Shown one piece after another: positions 21,912-32,583 of a DNA stretch of 64,000 bases (positions within the stretch are counted from its first letter, which is position 1; every line of letters begins with the position of its first letter). This DNA comes from a virus. Under the pieces are notes generated by a model. It saw only the letters and a list, made by a program, of their open reading frames with translations, did not search any database and was not told the origin of the DNA. The position numbers and the translations under genes are program-made. Location of the stretch: positions 18,229 to 82,228 of IMG/VR virus record IMGVR_UViG_3300005264_000008; one strand, 5' to 3'.

Positions 21912-22053
21912 TACACACACAACACAGACAAATCTCAATTGTAAGAGTTTTTAATTTAATGTGGACTGAAACATTTACTTTCATAAACAAACACATTACA
22001 ATTGGAATTTGGGTGTTATAACACTAATATTTTTAATTTATATAATTATAATA

Positions 22054-22989
22054 ATGGAAAAGATAATAAATAACATTTGGGTTGAAAAATATCGCCCACA
22101 CGATTTAACTGAATTAGTTGGTAATGAACATTTAAAAAATAAGTTATCATCGTTTATTACTAAACAAGAAATACCTAATATCTTATTATATGGTGTATTT
22201 GGAACAGGTAAAACATCGATTGGTAATATTCTTATAAATAATATTGCATGTGACCCATTATACATAAATGCAGTTGATGAAAATGATGTTGATGTAGTTA
22301 GAACCAAAATTAAAAGTTTCGTACAAACAGTTTCTATGCACAAATGGAAAATTGTTTTCTTGGACGAATTCCATAGATTTTCAATGCCAGCTCAACAAAT
22401 ATTACGAAATATAGTTGAAACATATAGTTTAAAAACTAGATTTGTAATTACTACTAATTATATTGAAAAAATCGATGGTGCTATGAGAAGTAGATTTCAA
22501 GAATTTGAAGTTGTTCCTCCATCTAAATTAGAAGTTTTGAAACGGCTGTTACATATATTAGCAGTAGAAAAAGTTAAATATGTAGATGAAGATGTTGCCA
22601 ACATATTAAATCAATATTATCCAGATATTCGGAAAATAACAAATACACTGCAAATGTGTGTAATTGATAATGAACTTATACTTGATAATTCAGCATTAGC
22701 AGTTACAGATTTTATGGATGATATTATGAAAATATTAGTAGATGGTACAAATCAAACTACTATGTTTCGACAAATAAGACAAATAATTGCCGATAATAAG
22801 GTAAGAGATTTTCAACCAATGTATAAATACATCTATGATAAGATGGATAAAATAACAACTGATATAAATAAACAATCATTACTTATATTAGCATTAGCAG
22901 ACGCACAATATCAAGAAACATTTGTGGTGAATAAAGAAATAACATTTATGAGCAGTATAGTTCAACTAATTAATACAAAACTAAATTAA
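22054..22989 (+). CDS. clamp loader AAA+ subunit (gp44/RFC-S-like)
   Basis: WVEKYRP, GVFGTGKTS, FLDEFH, SRF. Confidence 0.92.
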   Translation: MEKIINNIWVEKYRPHDLTELVGNEHLKNKLSSFITKQEIPNILLYGVFGTGKTSIGNILINNIACDPLYINAVDENDVDVVRTKIKSFVQTVSMHKWKIVFLDEFHRFSMPAQQILRNIVETYSLKTRFVITTNYIEKIDGAMRSRFQEFEVVPPSKLEVLKRLLHILAVEKVKYVDEDVANILNQYYPDIRKITNTLQMCVIDNELILDNSALAVTDFMDDIMKILVDGTNQTTMFRQIRQIIADNKVRDFQPMYKYIYDKMDKITTDINKQSLLILALADAQYQETFVVNKEITFMSSIVQLINTKLN

Positions 22990-22999
22990 AATAAATAAT

Positions 23000-23263
23000 A
23001 TGGACAATGTAATATCAATTAATTTTAACATATCTAAATTTAATATAACAAATATTGAATGTGATGATATAACACCAATATCTACCACAATTGGCATACC
23101 AATTGGACATGCAATTATTAGTAATACAAATGATGAGTATAATATTGTTATTGTGTTGACTGAAAGATATTTTTTCAATGATTTTAGATTCATTGGTGAA
23201 TTATTTTCAAAAAATGATAAACATATATTCAAAATAAATGAAATACGACTTATATGCAAATAA
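23000..23263 (+). CDS. hypothetical protein
   Basis: 87-aa ORF in operon. Confidence 0.5.
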   Translation: MDNVISINFNISKFNITNIECDDITPISTTIGIPIGHAIISNTNDEYNIVIVLTERYFFNDFRFIGELFSKNDKHIFKINEIRLICK

Positions 23264-24477
23264 ATACATTATATAATGAAAATTGTTTAGTTACAATGAA
23301 GAGAATGGATGATAACTCAATTGATTCTATTGTGACTGACCCACCATATGGGATACGATTTATGAATAAAAAATGGGATTATGACATACCATCTGTTGAT
23401 ATATGGAAAGAATGTTTACGAGTATTAAAACCATGTGGACATTTATTATCATTCGCAGGAACTCGTACACAGCATCGAATGGTAACTAATATTGAAGATG
23501 CTGGATTTGAAATTAGAGATATGATTGCATATGTCTACGCAAGTGGATTTCCAAAGTCACTTAATATTAGTAAGGCAATTGATAAACAACTCGGTGCGAA
23601 ACGAAAGGTAGTTGGGGTAGCAGGCAAATCAGGGTCAAAACGAAATTGTATGATGTCAGACTTTAAAGGTGGTACATATATGACTACATTACCATCTACA
23701 GATGAAGCAATTCAGTTTGAGAAGTTTGGTACAGCTCTTAAACCGTCATTAGAACCAATTACACTTGCACGAAAACCGTTATCGGAACAAACAATAGCAA
23801 GTAATGTTTTAAAATGGGGTACAGGTGGAATTAATATTGATGGGTGTCGTGTTCCATATACAAAAGACAATCCACCAATTCCACAGTTAGCACAAAATAA
23901 GATAAATGTAGATAGTAAAAAAACAATGTATGATGGTCAATCATTTAATAAATCAGTAACAAAGGCAATTATAGGTGGTTCTTTGGATGGTAGATTTCCA
24001 GCTAATTTAATTCATGATGGTAGTGATGAAGTAAAAAATATGTTTCCTGACACTAAAAGTGGTAAAGTAATAAATGATAAAACAGCATATAATAATAGTA
24101 AATCTAATACTAGTTTTATAAAGGGAGAAACAAATCAATTTAATCAATATGGTGATAACGGCAATGCTTCACGCTTTTTTTATTGTGCAAAACCATCTAA
24201 AAAAGAACGTGGTAAAAATAATACGCATCCAACTGTAAAACCAATTGCATTAATGAAATATTTGGTCACATTAGTAACACCTCCAAATGGTATTGTTTAT
24301 GACCCATTTATGGGAAGTGGTTCTACTTTAATTGCATGTAAATTATTAGATTTTGATTATATCGGGAGTGAATTGGATAAAAGTTCATGTGACATTGCAA
24401 ATGAACGGCTAATATCAAATGAAGATATAATAAAAAAAGAAAAAGAAGATAAAATAAATAATCTATTTAATTTTTAA
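23254..24477 (+). CDS. N6A/N4C DNA methyltransferase (beta class)
   Basis: TDPPY, GFPKS, GRFPAN, HPTVKP, DPFMGSGST. Confidence 0.92.
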   Translation: MQINTLYNENCLVTMKRMDDNSIDSIVTDPPYGIRFMNKKWDYDIPSVDIWKECLRVLKPCGHLLSFAGTRTQHRMVTNIEDAGFEIRDMIAYVYASGFPKSLNISKAIDKQLGAKRKVVGVAGKSGSKRNCMMSDFKGGTYMTTLPSTDEAIQFEKFGTALKPSLEPITLARKPLSEQTIASNVLKWGTGGINIDGCRVPYTKDNPPIPQLAQNKINVDSKKTMYDGQSFNKSVTKAIIGGSLDGRFPANLIHDGSDEVKNMFPDTKSGKVINDKTAYNNSKSNTSFIKGETNQFNQYGDNGNASRFFYCAKPSKKERGKNNTHPTVKPIALMKYLVTLVTPPNGIVYDPFMGSGSTLIACKLLDFDYIGSELDKSSCDIANERLISNEDIIKKEKEDKINNLFNF

Positions 24478-24488
24478 AATGAAAACAT

Positions 24489-24998
24489 ATGGATAAAATA
24501 TATTTAAATGATGATAAAGGGAATGTAATTATAGAAACAGATATTACTAATTTTCACATATACTGTCAGGATTTACAACCGAAAATGCTAGAATTTAAAA
24601 CTACATTTGATATGCCGAACTTAAATGTATATTCAGTTACAATTGTATCGACAAATTTATTAGAGACTATTATTTTAGGTAAAATCATTACACATGAAAA
24701 TGATAAGTTTGTTTACTGTATAAAGAATACAAACATAGAATTTAAAGTACTGAATATTAAAGCTGTGTATAATGATGAAATATCAATATTACCTAATCTA
24801 ATAAAACATATCAATATAACTAATATGAAAAGTAAATTTAGTATACTGTTCGAAAGATTTGATAACTTGAATGAACATCAGATAAAATCATTAACAATCG
24901 AAATGAAAAATGATGTGGTGTATAAAATAATATTACGAACTGCTGATATATCTGATAGTAGTATAGTATCAACCAATTTTAAAATAACTAAACAATGA
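24489..24998 (+). CDS. hypothetical protein
   Basis: 169-aa ORF. Confidence 0.55.
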   Translation: MDKIYLNDDKGNVIIETDITNFHIYCQDLQPKMLEFKTTFDMPNLNVYSVTIVSTNLLETIILGKIITHENDKFVYCIKNTNIEFKVLNIKAVYNDEISILPNLIKHINITNMKSKFSILFERFDNLNEHQIKSLTIEMKNDVVYKIILRTADISDSSIVSTNFKITKQ

Positions 24999-25585
24999 TT
25001 AATTGGTCACACGTTCAAACATCTTTATACGGTGCGTTTATAACAAATATGCCATCTTCAATTGAAGAAAGTGCAAATATACACGCAGGAATATTTGTAA
25101 ACGATGTATTATTAAAAGCAACACTATCAACAGGTAATAAATGTTCGTTTCGAAATACGAAAACAGTAATAGAAGATATATCAATAATGTTTCAAACATT
25201 ATTTAATACTAATATAAAATCAATAGTAGATTTACACAGTGTTCCATATATAGTATTAGCGACATCTTTAAGTGGTTATATTTATACGAATATGAATATC
25301 ACAACATTACCACCAATACCACCTACAACCACTCCACAGCCAATTGCAAAACCAATTATAATGACAACAGCAGGAAATCCACTTGTATTTGGTAAATTAT
25401 TGTATGAAGCATTTACATCAGGTAAAAAAGCTAATACAACTGAAGAAGGTGGGAATATAGTATCAAAAAGTTTAAGTCTCGCATATAAAACATATTTATC
25501 AACTATAACAGGACAATATTTTGGTTTAGTACCAAATCCAAATGGAGCAATACCAACTACTATTACGTGGGTTGGATTGGTGTAG
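24995..25585 (+). CDS. hypothetical protein, possibly structural
   Basis: 196-aa ORF with Pro/Thr-rich segment and C-terminal P...W.G. Confidence 0.5.
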   Translation: MINWSHVQTSLYGAFITNMPSSIEESANIHAGIFVNDVLLKATLSTGNKCSFRNTKTVIEDISIMFQTLFNTNIKSIVDLHSVPYIVLATSLSGYIYTNMNITTLPPIPPTTTPQPIAKPIIMTTAGNPLVFGKLLYEAFTSGKKANTTEEGGNIVSKSLSLAYKTYLSTITGQYFGLVPNPNGAIPTTITWVGLV

Positions 25586-25759
25586 GGATAAATAGAATTA
25601 TTAAAATAGAATATTATTAAATGGCAAAAAACTTTATGCAATGATAATAATCAAAAACAAACAATTATGAATATAGAATTTAAAGAAATTACTGTTCGAA
25701 TTAACCAACGGATATGAAGATAACGAAGAAGGTGGTGTTTTATTATCTTGTATGATATG

Positions 25760-26020
25760 TTAAAATTCATAATCACTTACACCTGATGCTAAGTGTCTCA
25801 AATCAATATATGCTGATTTTATAGAACAAGCTGAAAATCCAATTAAAGATAATGTTTCGTTGACAAACACATATTTACCAGCATCATTACCGCATGCAAT
25901 ACCGTCTCGGTTATCATATAATACGATAATATGTCCTTTGTATTTACCTTTTAATACTTTGCGACTAGTTATATATCCGTGATTACTATTATATTTTTCT
26001 CTATATGTTTTTCTTGGCAT
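25760..26020 (-). CDS. hypothetical protein
   Basis: 86-aa ORF directly downstream of the nucleotidyltransferase. Confidence 0.55.
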   Translation of the reverse strand: MPRKTYREKYNSNHGYITSRKVLKGKYKGHIIVLYDNRDGIACGNDAGKYVFVNETLSLIGFSACSIKSAYIDLRHLASGVSDYEF

Positions 26021-26022
26021 TT

Positions 26023-27063
26023 TTATTTTTTATTTATTAACGTTAATACATCATTAAATAAGACATCACTATCAGTTTCTAATAAATATTTAATTGTTTT
26101 GGTTTTTCTATATTCATTGATAATTTCACTGATAATTTTTCCATGTTTAACTGGATTTAACTCTAATTTTGATAGAAACAATCTGACATTTAATTTTTTC
26201 TTAATTGCTAAATTATTACTAATAGTATTACAACTGTCATTAATTCTAGTTGATAATGTATGTGGCGGAAAGAAATCATTTACATATGATTCTTTTTCTC
26301 TATATGAGTAAGAAGGAAACTCATTTTTTAAGTTATGTTTATTATCTGAAATCCATTTCTCAAATTCTTTAAAGGAACTTCGTTTGTCATTACGTTTCCT
26401 GTCTATATGTCGTCTATTTTCAGGAGAAAATAATTCAGTGAAAAATAATGAACTTTTGGAAATATACTCATATAATTCAACATAAGTATCGAATCCTTTA
26501 TTGAAAATATTTTTATCTAATCCAATATATTTAAATAGCATATTAGAATCATCTGTTATATGTAAATTTTCAATTTTACCATTTTCATGCTTATGAATAT
26601 AATATAACCCATTATATCCAAATTTAATATTGAATAGTCTAGTCATCTTACCAAGAAGATTTCCAAATGGGTCATTACTATAAAAAGTAGTAGCAATATC
26701 CCATTTACTTTTCTTAATAAAAATTAAATCAATTTCAATGATTTTATCATTATATTCGTATGCGAACGCCTTTACAGTACCGTTGTGAACGATTATAGGT
26801 TCATCGTTCTTATCACGTACTGCAATGTCATTATATAGGACATGTAAATCAATATCAAACATATAACTATCATCAACGTTTAATAATAAATCAATATCAC
26901 CAAAATCCCTTTTTTCACCAATAACAGACGGTTCAATTACCGTATTTACATTGATGTGTTTTTTTATTATTGGTGTGATTTCTGATAGGATGTCTGCCTT
27001 TTCAGATATGGAAATCCTATCAGCTTTGAAATTGTATTTTTTGTTAAAGATGTTACCACCCAT
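26023..27063 (-). CDS. pol-beta-superfamily nucleotidyltransferase
   Basis: MGGN start, DFGDIDLL, third acidic motif IEIDL. Confidence 0.7.
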   Translation of the reverse strand: MGGNIFNKKYNFKADRISISEKADILSEITPIIKKHINVNTVIEPSVIGEKRDFGDIDLLLNVDDSYMFDIDLHVLYNDIAVRDKNDEPIIVHNGTVKAFAYEYNDKIIEIDLIFIKKSKWDIATTFYSNDPFGNLLGKMTRLFNIKFGYNGLYYIHKHENGKIENLHITDDSNMLFKYIGLDKNIFNKGFDTYVELYEYISKSSLFFTELFSPENRRHIDRKRNDKRSSFKEFEKWISDNKHNLKNEFPSYSYREKESYVNDFFPPHTLSTRINDSCNTISNNLAIKKKLNVRLFLSKLELNPVKHGKIISEIINEYRKTKTIKYLLETDSDVLFNDVLTLINKK

Positions 27064-27082
27064 TTTTGTTTATTTTTAATAG

Positions 27083-27145
27083 TTATAGTGCAAATATAAT
27101 CTATATAATTTAATATAAAAATAATAATTGTTAAAAAATGTTAAA
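27083..27145 (-). promoter_or_regulatory. early/host-sigma promoter, repeated at 56452-56515
   Basis: Minus strand TTTAACA x2 ... TATATTTGCACTATA (TAnnTTTG). Confidence 0.7.
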
Positions 27146-27198
27146 ATGTCACACAAAAACATCAAAGACACACACTATGTGTTTTATTATGGTTAATT

Positions 27199-27513
27199 TT
27201 AACGATGGCGAATATAGTTATCAAAAGCCCTTTTATCATTTTCGGAATTATCTTCTTTGCATTTTGAACATACATGAACACCTTGCGAATATGACATTCC
27301 GTAAATGTCGAAATTTAAACATTGCTTACATAAAATATTACTATTTTCTTTTATTTTCTCAAATAGATAACTTGCAACTTCGTAACCTAATTCAAATTTT
27401 ATTTGAATTTGACTAACTGATAATTTCCATTTCATACTTGTAAATTTCTTTTCTATTTTTGGAATAAGGTGATTATGCTTTTCGTTCCTTTCTTTAATTA
27501 GTTGTGTTATCAT
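27199..27513 (-). CDS. hypothetical Zn-finger protein
   Basis: CKQC ... CSKC; GTTATAG core-like site upstream at ~27621-27627. Confidence 0.55.
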   Translation of the reverse strand: MITQLIKERNEKHNHLIPKIEKKFTSMKWKLSVSQIQIKFELGYEVASYLFEKIKENSNILCKQCLNFDIYGMSYSQGVHVCSKCKEDNSENDKRAFDNYIRHR

Positions 27514-27657
27514 AATTTAATATTTATTTGAGATTAGTATTTTGATAATCGGTTGGTAATGTTAAGAGTTTGGGAGTTTAAATTTAAACTTTTTGGATAA
27601 CTCTTTTAATTTTAAAATGCTATAACACACTTTACATCAAATTCATGTTTATTATGA

Positions 27658-28434
27658 CTAATGAGAATCAGTAACCCGACATTCAGACAACTTACAATAT
27701 TCTTCTGAAATGTCCATTCCGATAAATCTTCTTTTATTTAATTTTGCCGATTTTAAAACTGTTCCACTTCCACACATTGGGTCTAAAATTATATCATTTT
27801 CATTTGACCAACTTAATATGTGGTCGGTTGCTAAATCGAATGGAAAAGGAGCAGGATGTTTTTTCGACTCATGGTCAATTTTTTTCTTACCAACAACATA
27901 AGACCATATATTCCCTTTTATCTTTTGTTTCTTTACTTGAGTTGCTTTCTTTTTTCTTGTTTGCTTTCCTTTTGAAAAGTTTTTATATGTAGTTCCTTTT
28001 AGTTCTAACCCGGCATGAATACAATCTATTTTAATAGGATTATGAGTTTTAATTTTACCTTTTGAAAAAACAAACATATATTCAAATACATTATTGTATC
28101 TTTGTCTGTAAATTTGTGGAATTGGATTAGTTTTCTGAAATATCATTGTATCATGTAGATTAAATCCTATTTCTTTGAAATATAACGCTTGTTTAAAACT
28201 TGTACCTGTTTCACTTCTGTTTATCGTAGCATCAGCAACAACCCAAACCACAACACCACCAGTTTTTGTAACTCTATACAATTCACGTGCAATCAATTCA
28301 AACGGAAAGGAAAATCCATTATAATTTCGTAAATTATCATAAGGCGGTGAAGTAACTGTTAAATCAATACTATTGTCAGATAATAATTTTAAACCGTCCT
28401 GAGCAGGTTTATTGTAAATTATATTAGTTTTCAT
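27658..28434 (-). CDS. N4C/N6A DNA methyltransferase (beta class)
   Basis: TSPPY, HPAPFP, DPMCGSGT. Confidence 0.92.
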   Translation of the reverse strand: MKTNIIYNKPAQDGLKLLSDNSIDLTVTSPPYDNLRNYNGFSFPFELIARELYRVTKTGGVVVWVVADATINRSETGTSFKQALYFKEIGFNLHDTMIFQKTNPIPQIYRQRYNNVFEYMFVFSKGKIKTHNPIKIDCIHAGLELKGTTYKNFSKGKQTRKKKATQVKKQKIKGNIWSYVVGKKKIDHESKKHPAPFPFDLATDHILSWSNENDIILDPMCGSGTVLKSAKLNKRRFIGMDISEEYCKLSECRVTDSH

Positions 28435-28463
28435 ATATTTTGTTTAAAAATTTGATATGATAA

Positions 28464-28910
28464 TCAAATAAGATTCATATATTGTTTAATAATTGATTTC
28501 ATCTTGTTATTATCAACCCCGATTTTTGTTAATGTATATATAATATCATTTTTTGAGAAAAATAATTGTATATATTCGGACATTTCAATTATAGAAACAG
28601 ATAAATCAGTCTTCAAATTTATCAATGTTGCTATTTCATCATATACATTATTATTTGATTTACATTTAACATATTTCAAAAACAGCTTTTTTTGTGGTAA
28701 AATTCCTAAATATAATTTATAAGCATCACGTTTATTTAATAACCCAACTGTATATTTTTGAAACATGTCAATATATTCAATTAAACTTTTGTCCATGCTT
28801 AACCATATATTAATCATATATGGATTGAAACTTTTCATGTCTTCATCTGAATAAGTGTTCACTGGTTTTTTATCAACAGTTAGATTTCTAATGTGGTCAA
28901 ATATTGTCAT
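28464..28910 (-). CDS. clamp loader small subunit (gp62-like)
   Basis: F..I..L...K, FNPYMIN.WLSM, LP.KK.F.KY pattern. Confidence 0.6.
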   Translation of the reverse strand: MTIFDHIRNLTVDKKPVNTYSDEDMKSFNPYMINIWLSMDKSLIEYIDMFQKYTVGLLNKRDAYKLYLGILPQKKLFLKYVKCKSNNNVYDEIATLINLKTDLSVSIIEMSEYIQLFFSKNDIIYTLTKIGVDNNKMKSIIKQYMNLI

Positions 28911-29131
28911 TTTGATATTATTTTTATGATTAAATACATAAATATTATGATTATTGTATTTATTATTGGTGTGAATATTAATATATATAATAATACTTTA
29001 GTATGTATTTTGTAATTATAATATGGTGTTTTTATAATACCATTATACAAGAATTGTACAGTTGGAATGTATGATGTGATAGTTATTAATAATATAAATA
29101 GTACCATTATAAAAAATATCATTTTTATCAT
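28907..29131 (-). CDS. small membrane protein
   Basis: Two hydrophobic stretches. Confidence 0.55.
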   Translation of the reverse strand: MIKMIFFIMVLFILLITITSYIPTVQFLYNGIIKTPYYNYKIHTKVLLYILIFTPIINTIIIIFMYLIIKIISK

Positions 29132-29190
29132 AAGATTAATATATTTTAATTGAATTAATTTATTATATTATAAATAAAGTAATAATAATT

Positions 29191-29442
29191 TTAATCAAAT
29201 GGAATCCTAATACTAGAACCAGGTTCAATGAAAAATGTAATTGGTGTTATATTATTTGCCAATGCTATAATATACCACATAGTAGCATCATTATAATATT
29301 TATTGGCAAGTAAATCTAATCTATCGTTTTTTTTAGTAATAATATATTCATCATTTGGTGATTCGGGTATATTAGCTAATGTATTAGATGTGTAATGTTT
29401 CTTATTTCCTGTTAAAATTATATTTGATGTGATTCTTTCCAT
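29191..29442 (-). CDS. LysM-like baseplate protein (gp53/tail X-like)
   Basis: DRLDLLANKYY....WYIIALAN....G..IRIP. Confidence 0.8.
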   Translation of the reverse strand: MERITSNIILTGNKKHYTSNTLANIPESPNDEYIITKKNDRLDLLANKYYNDATMWYIIALANNITPITFFIEPGSSIRIPFD

Positions 29443-29487
29443 TTTTAATTTATTTTATTTTATATAAATATAAAAAAATAATTTAAT

Positions 29488-30828
29488 ATGGTTGATAAAT
29501 TCAGGTATGGAACAACATTTCAGACTAAAATAATATCATCAATGATGTCGGATAGTATATTTATGAAACGAATAATCGATATTATTGATGTTAAGTATTT
29601 CGAGAATGATATTATACAAAATATAATACATGAAATTATAGAGTATTTTCATAAATATAAAATGAAACCCACATTTGATAGTTTGAAAACAATTTTTATT
29701 CAGCCAAAATATTCACAAATAAGTAATTCAAGTATTCAAATTATAATTGATGCACAAAGTTATTTAGATAGTTCGGACTTAGATTATGTAAAGGATAGTG
29801 TCATACAATTCTGTAGACACCAAGAAATAAAACGAGCAATTTTACAAAGTGTCGATTTATTAAACAATGATAAATTTGACATTATCGAAAAAATGATGAA
29901 TGACAGTTTTAAAATTGGATTAGATATAAACACAGGTATCAATATTAAAAGAGATGTCGATTTAGTATTCACTGATGACAAACGCAATCCAGTTGCAACA
30001 CCGTGGGAACAAATAAATAATATAACTGAAGGTGGTCTTGGATTAGGTGAGTTAGGTGTGATTGCGGCCCCACCTGGAATTGGTAAAAGTTGGGCGTTAG
30101 TTTCGTTGGCTTCACATGCAATTAAACAAGGAAAAAAAGTTGTATTTTTTACTCTTGAATTATATGAAAATTATGTTGCAAAACGATTCTATTCTAATCT
30201 CACACATACAAAATTAAATAATCTAAAATATGAAGTTGATGCAATTAAAACATATCTAAACCATTTGAAGGGAGAATTGATAATACAATACTACCCAACT
30301 AAATCAGTTTCAGTTAATTCATTGAAAGGATTTGTTGAACGAAGTATAACAGAAGAATTCAAACCTGATTTAATTATAGTTGATTATGCTGATTTATTGA
30401 AAGCACCATATGTAAATAGTACAAAAAGGGATGACCAAATACTAGGTGATATTTATGCTGAATTACGTGGTATGGCTGGTGAATTTGAAATACCTGTGTG
30501 GACAGCTTCTCAAATTAATAGAAGTGGAGCAAAATCACAAGTTATTGAAAGTGATAGTATTGCAGGGAGTTTTGAAAAAATTATGATTGCTGATATTGTT
30601 GTGTCTATTAGTCGTCAACTTGAAGATAAAATTGCCAATACAAGTAGGTGGCATATATTAAAAAATAGATTTGGTAGGGACGGTGTTACATTCCCAGCCC
30701 AAAATGATTTATCAATGGGTAAAATACAACTATTTGAACCGACTACTGAAAAGGGTAAGGAAGTATCGAATAGTACTGAAATGGCTTCTAAAAAATTTAT
30801 GAGAAACAAATATAAACAATTTTTATAA
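29488..30828 (+). CDS. replicative DNA helicase (gp41/DnaB-like)
   Basis: APPGIGKS, FTLE, IVDYADL, WTASQINR, KNRFG. Confidence 0.93.
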   Translation: MVDKFRYGTTFQTKIISSMMSDSIFMKRIIDIIDVKYFENDIIQNIIHEIIEYFHKYKMKPTFDSLKTIFIQPKYSQISNSSIQIIIDAQSYLDSSDLDYVKDSVIQFCRHQEIKRAILQSVDLLNNDKFDIIEKMMNDSFKIGLDINTGINIKRDVDLVFTDDKRNPVATPWEQINNITEGGLGLGELGVIAAPPGIGKSWALVSLASHAIKQGKKVVFFTLELYENYVAKRFYSNLTHTKLNNLKYEVDAIKTYLNHLKGELIIQYYPTKSVSVNSLKGFVERSITEEFKPDLIIVDYADLLKAPYVNSTKRDDQILGDIYAELRGMAGEFEIPVWTASQINRSGAKSQVIESDSIAGSFEKIMIADIVVSISRQLEDKIANTSRWHILKNRFGRDGVTFPAQNDLSMGKIQLFEPTTEKGKEVSNSTEMASKKFMRNKYKQFL

Positions 30829-31052
30829 TGGTAATACTAACTATACTACTGAGTTTATTTATTTTAGTAACAATATACCAACAGTATATATTATATAAAA
30901 TAGGCAAAATAATTAAAACACATGGTCTGTTAATTGACAATCTTAAAGAACTTATAATACAAAATATTAAGATAACAAAAAATAATACATCACTAATTAA
31001 TAATATGCAAAATATAATAAAATCACTGTTGAAAAAACATAAAAATAAATAA
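30828..31052 (+). CDS. small membrane-anchored protein
   Basis: N-terminal hydrophobic helix followed by coiled coil. Confidence 0.5.
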   Translation: MVILTILLSLFILVTIYQQYILYKIGKIIKTHGLLIDNLKELIIQNIKITKNNTSLINNMQNIIKSLLKKHKNK

Positions 31053-31062
31053 TGTATTCAAA

Positions 31063-31094
31063 TAAAAATCCAAATATATAATTTGGATTTTTTT
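31063..31094. terminator. intrinsic terminator
   Basis: AAAAATCCAAAT...ATTTGGATTTTT. Confidence 0.7.
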
Positions 31095-31127
31095 GTTATT
31101 ATAACACTATTTATATAAAAATTGATT

Positions 31128-31448
31128 ATGACAAAAAAAGAATTGGAAAATATCATTAGAGAAGTGATATATGAAAATATTAATAATATCATATTATCAC
31201 CTAAAGACAAATTTACATTTAAAGAAACGTTTAATGCATTTGATGAACCTGATTATTTATTTATTTATAAAGATGGAAAAAAACTCACTGAATTTTATTA
31301 TAATATGAGAGGATTCATTCCAAATTTCACATTAACAAATGGTAATGGTGTGCAAGCATCATTTGGCGAACTATCAAAATCAAAAAGTCTTAGGTTATTT
31401 AAAAATAATATAAAGCAAGGTTTTGTAAACTTACATAAATTTAATTAA
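31128..31448 (+). CDS. leader-family protein (putative internal head protein)
   Basis: MTKKELENIIREVIYE leader. Confidence 0.65.
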   Translation: MTKKELENIIREVIYENINNIILSPKDKFTFKETFNAFDEPDYLFIYKDGKKLTEFYYNMRGFIPNFTLTNGNGVQASFGELSKSKSLRLFKNNIKQGFVNLHKFN

Positions 31449-31476
31449 AAGGATAATTAAAATAAAAATAATACAT

Positions 31477-32583
31477 ATGTCAAAAGAATACACAAATATT
31501 AAAAAGATTATTACAAGTGGATTGGAAGTTGAAAAACAGTTTGCTGATAAAACTCCTACATTGAATTTATTATCTGAAATTATGTTTAATAACACAGGAT
31601 TAAATACAAATGAAATGGACACAATTAAACAAATCCAATTTATCAATACAGTAATAACGGAATTATATAATGGAGATATAATAAAACCATATCAATCACT
31701 CACATTAAAATCAACTATAAATTCAATATTACCCGAAAATATTCCTGTTGATTCTTTAAATGAATTACAAATTGAAAATTTATATAATAATTTAGTTGGT
31801 AAGGTTAAAACAATGGGGCTATTTGAGCTGTTTAAGGTATGGAATGATAAATATAAATATGTTACTACTGAAAGCAAAAACAATTCAAAATTATATAATA
31901 TTATAAGTGAAACAATTGATAAATATATAAACGAAGAAATAGAATCCGATGAATCAAAATTAAAAAAAACATATTACTTACAATATGGAATTGGTAGGTC
32001 GAAATATGTTGTGAATTATTATTCTGGTAAAAAAACACATCCAGATGGTAGTAAATTTTATGATATTTCTATTTTTAAAAATAAATCTAAATTAAAAGCA
32101 TTTATAGATAGTTTAAAAAAAGATGGATATATAACAGAATCGCATAATATAAACGAAGAATCGAAATTAAAAAAGGCATATAATGCATTTTTTGAAAAGG
32201 CAATGAAAATAGCTAAAATTAAATCACCTGATGATTTAGACGAAAAAGAACAAAAGAAATTCTTTAATGCTATATCGAAAAATTGGAAAAATGGAGTTGG
32301 TGCTGTTGACGGTTGGGAAGATACCTTTGAAAAGGCGTTGAATGAAAATTCACAATCAACGTCATCTAATATTGATAGTTTGTTAAAATATTATTATTTC
32401 AGACCAACTAATATTCCAAATGAATATGAAAATATAAATAGAAGCACTAAAATTATTCATATAAAAAATAAACTATTAATTACAGATTACACACCTAAAT
32501 ATAACAGATTTTTAAATAGCACTACAATAAAAGTAACAGATTTAGATAAATATGCGAAACGTAATAATTGGCAACATGAATAA
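31477..32583 (+). CDS. multi-segment putative internal head protein
   Basis: Internal LYNIISETIDKYINE leader copy and repeated (I/L)xE sites. Confidence 0.6.
   Translation: MSKEYTNIKKIITSGLEVEKQFADKTPTLNLLSEIMFNNTGLNTNEMDTIKQIQFINTVITELYNGDIIKPYQSLTLKSTINSILPENIPVDSLNELQIENLYNNLVGKVKTMGLFELFKVWNDKYKYVTTESKNNSKLYNIISETIDKYINEEIESDESKLKKTYYLQYGIGRSKYVVNYYSGKKTHPDGSKFYDISIFKNKSKLKAFIDSLKKDGYITESHNINEESKLKKAYNAFFEKAMKIAKIKSPDDLDEKEQKKFFNAISKNWKNGVGAVDGWEDTFEKALNENSQSTSSNIDSLLKYYYFRPTNIPNEYENINRSTKIIHIKNKLLITDYTPKYNRFLNSTTIKVTDLDKYAKRNNWQHE

Noticed and set aside
21936-22004. Inverted repeat CAATTGTAA...TTACAATTG after nrdJ
   Set aside because: Single copy with short arms in AT-rich DNA; cannot be distinguished from a terminator-like or chance hairpin.
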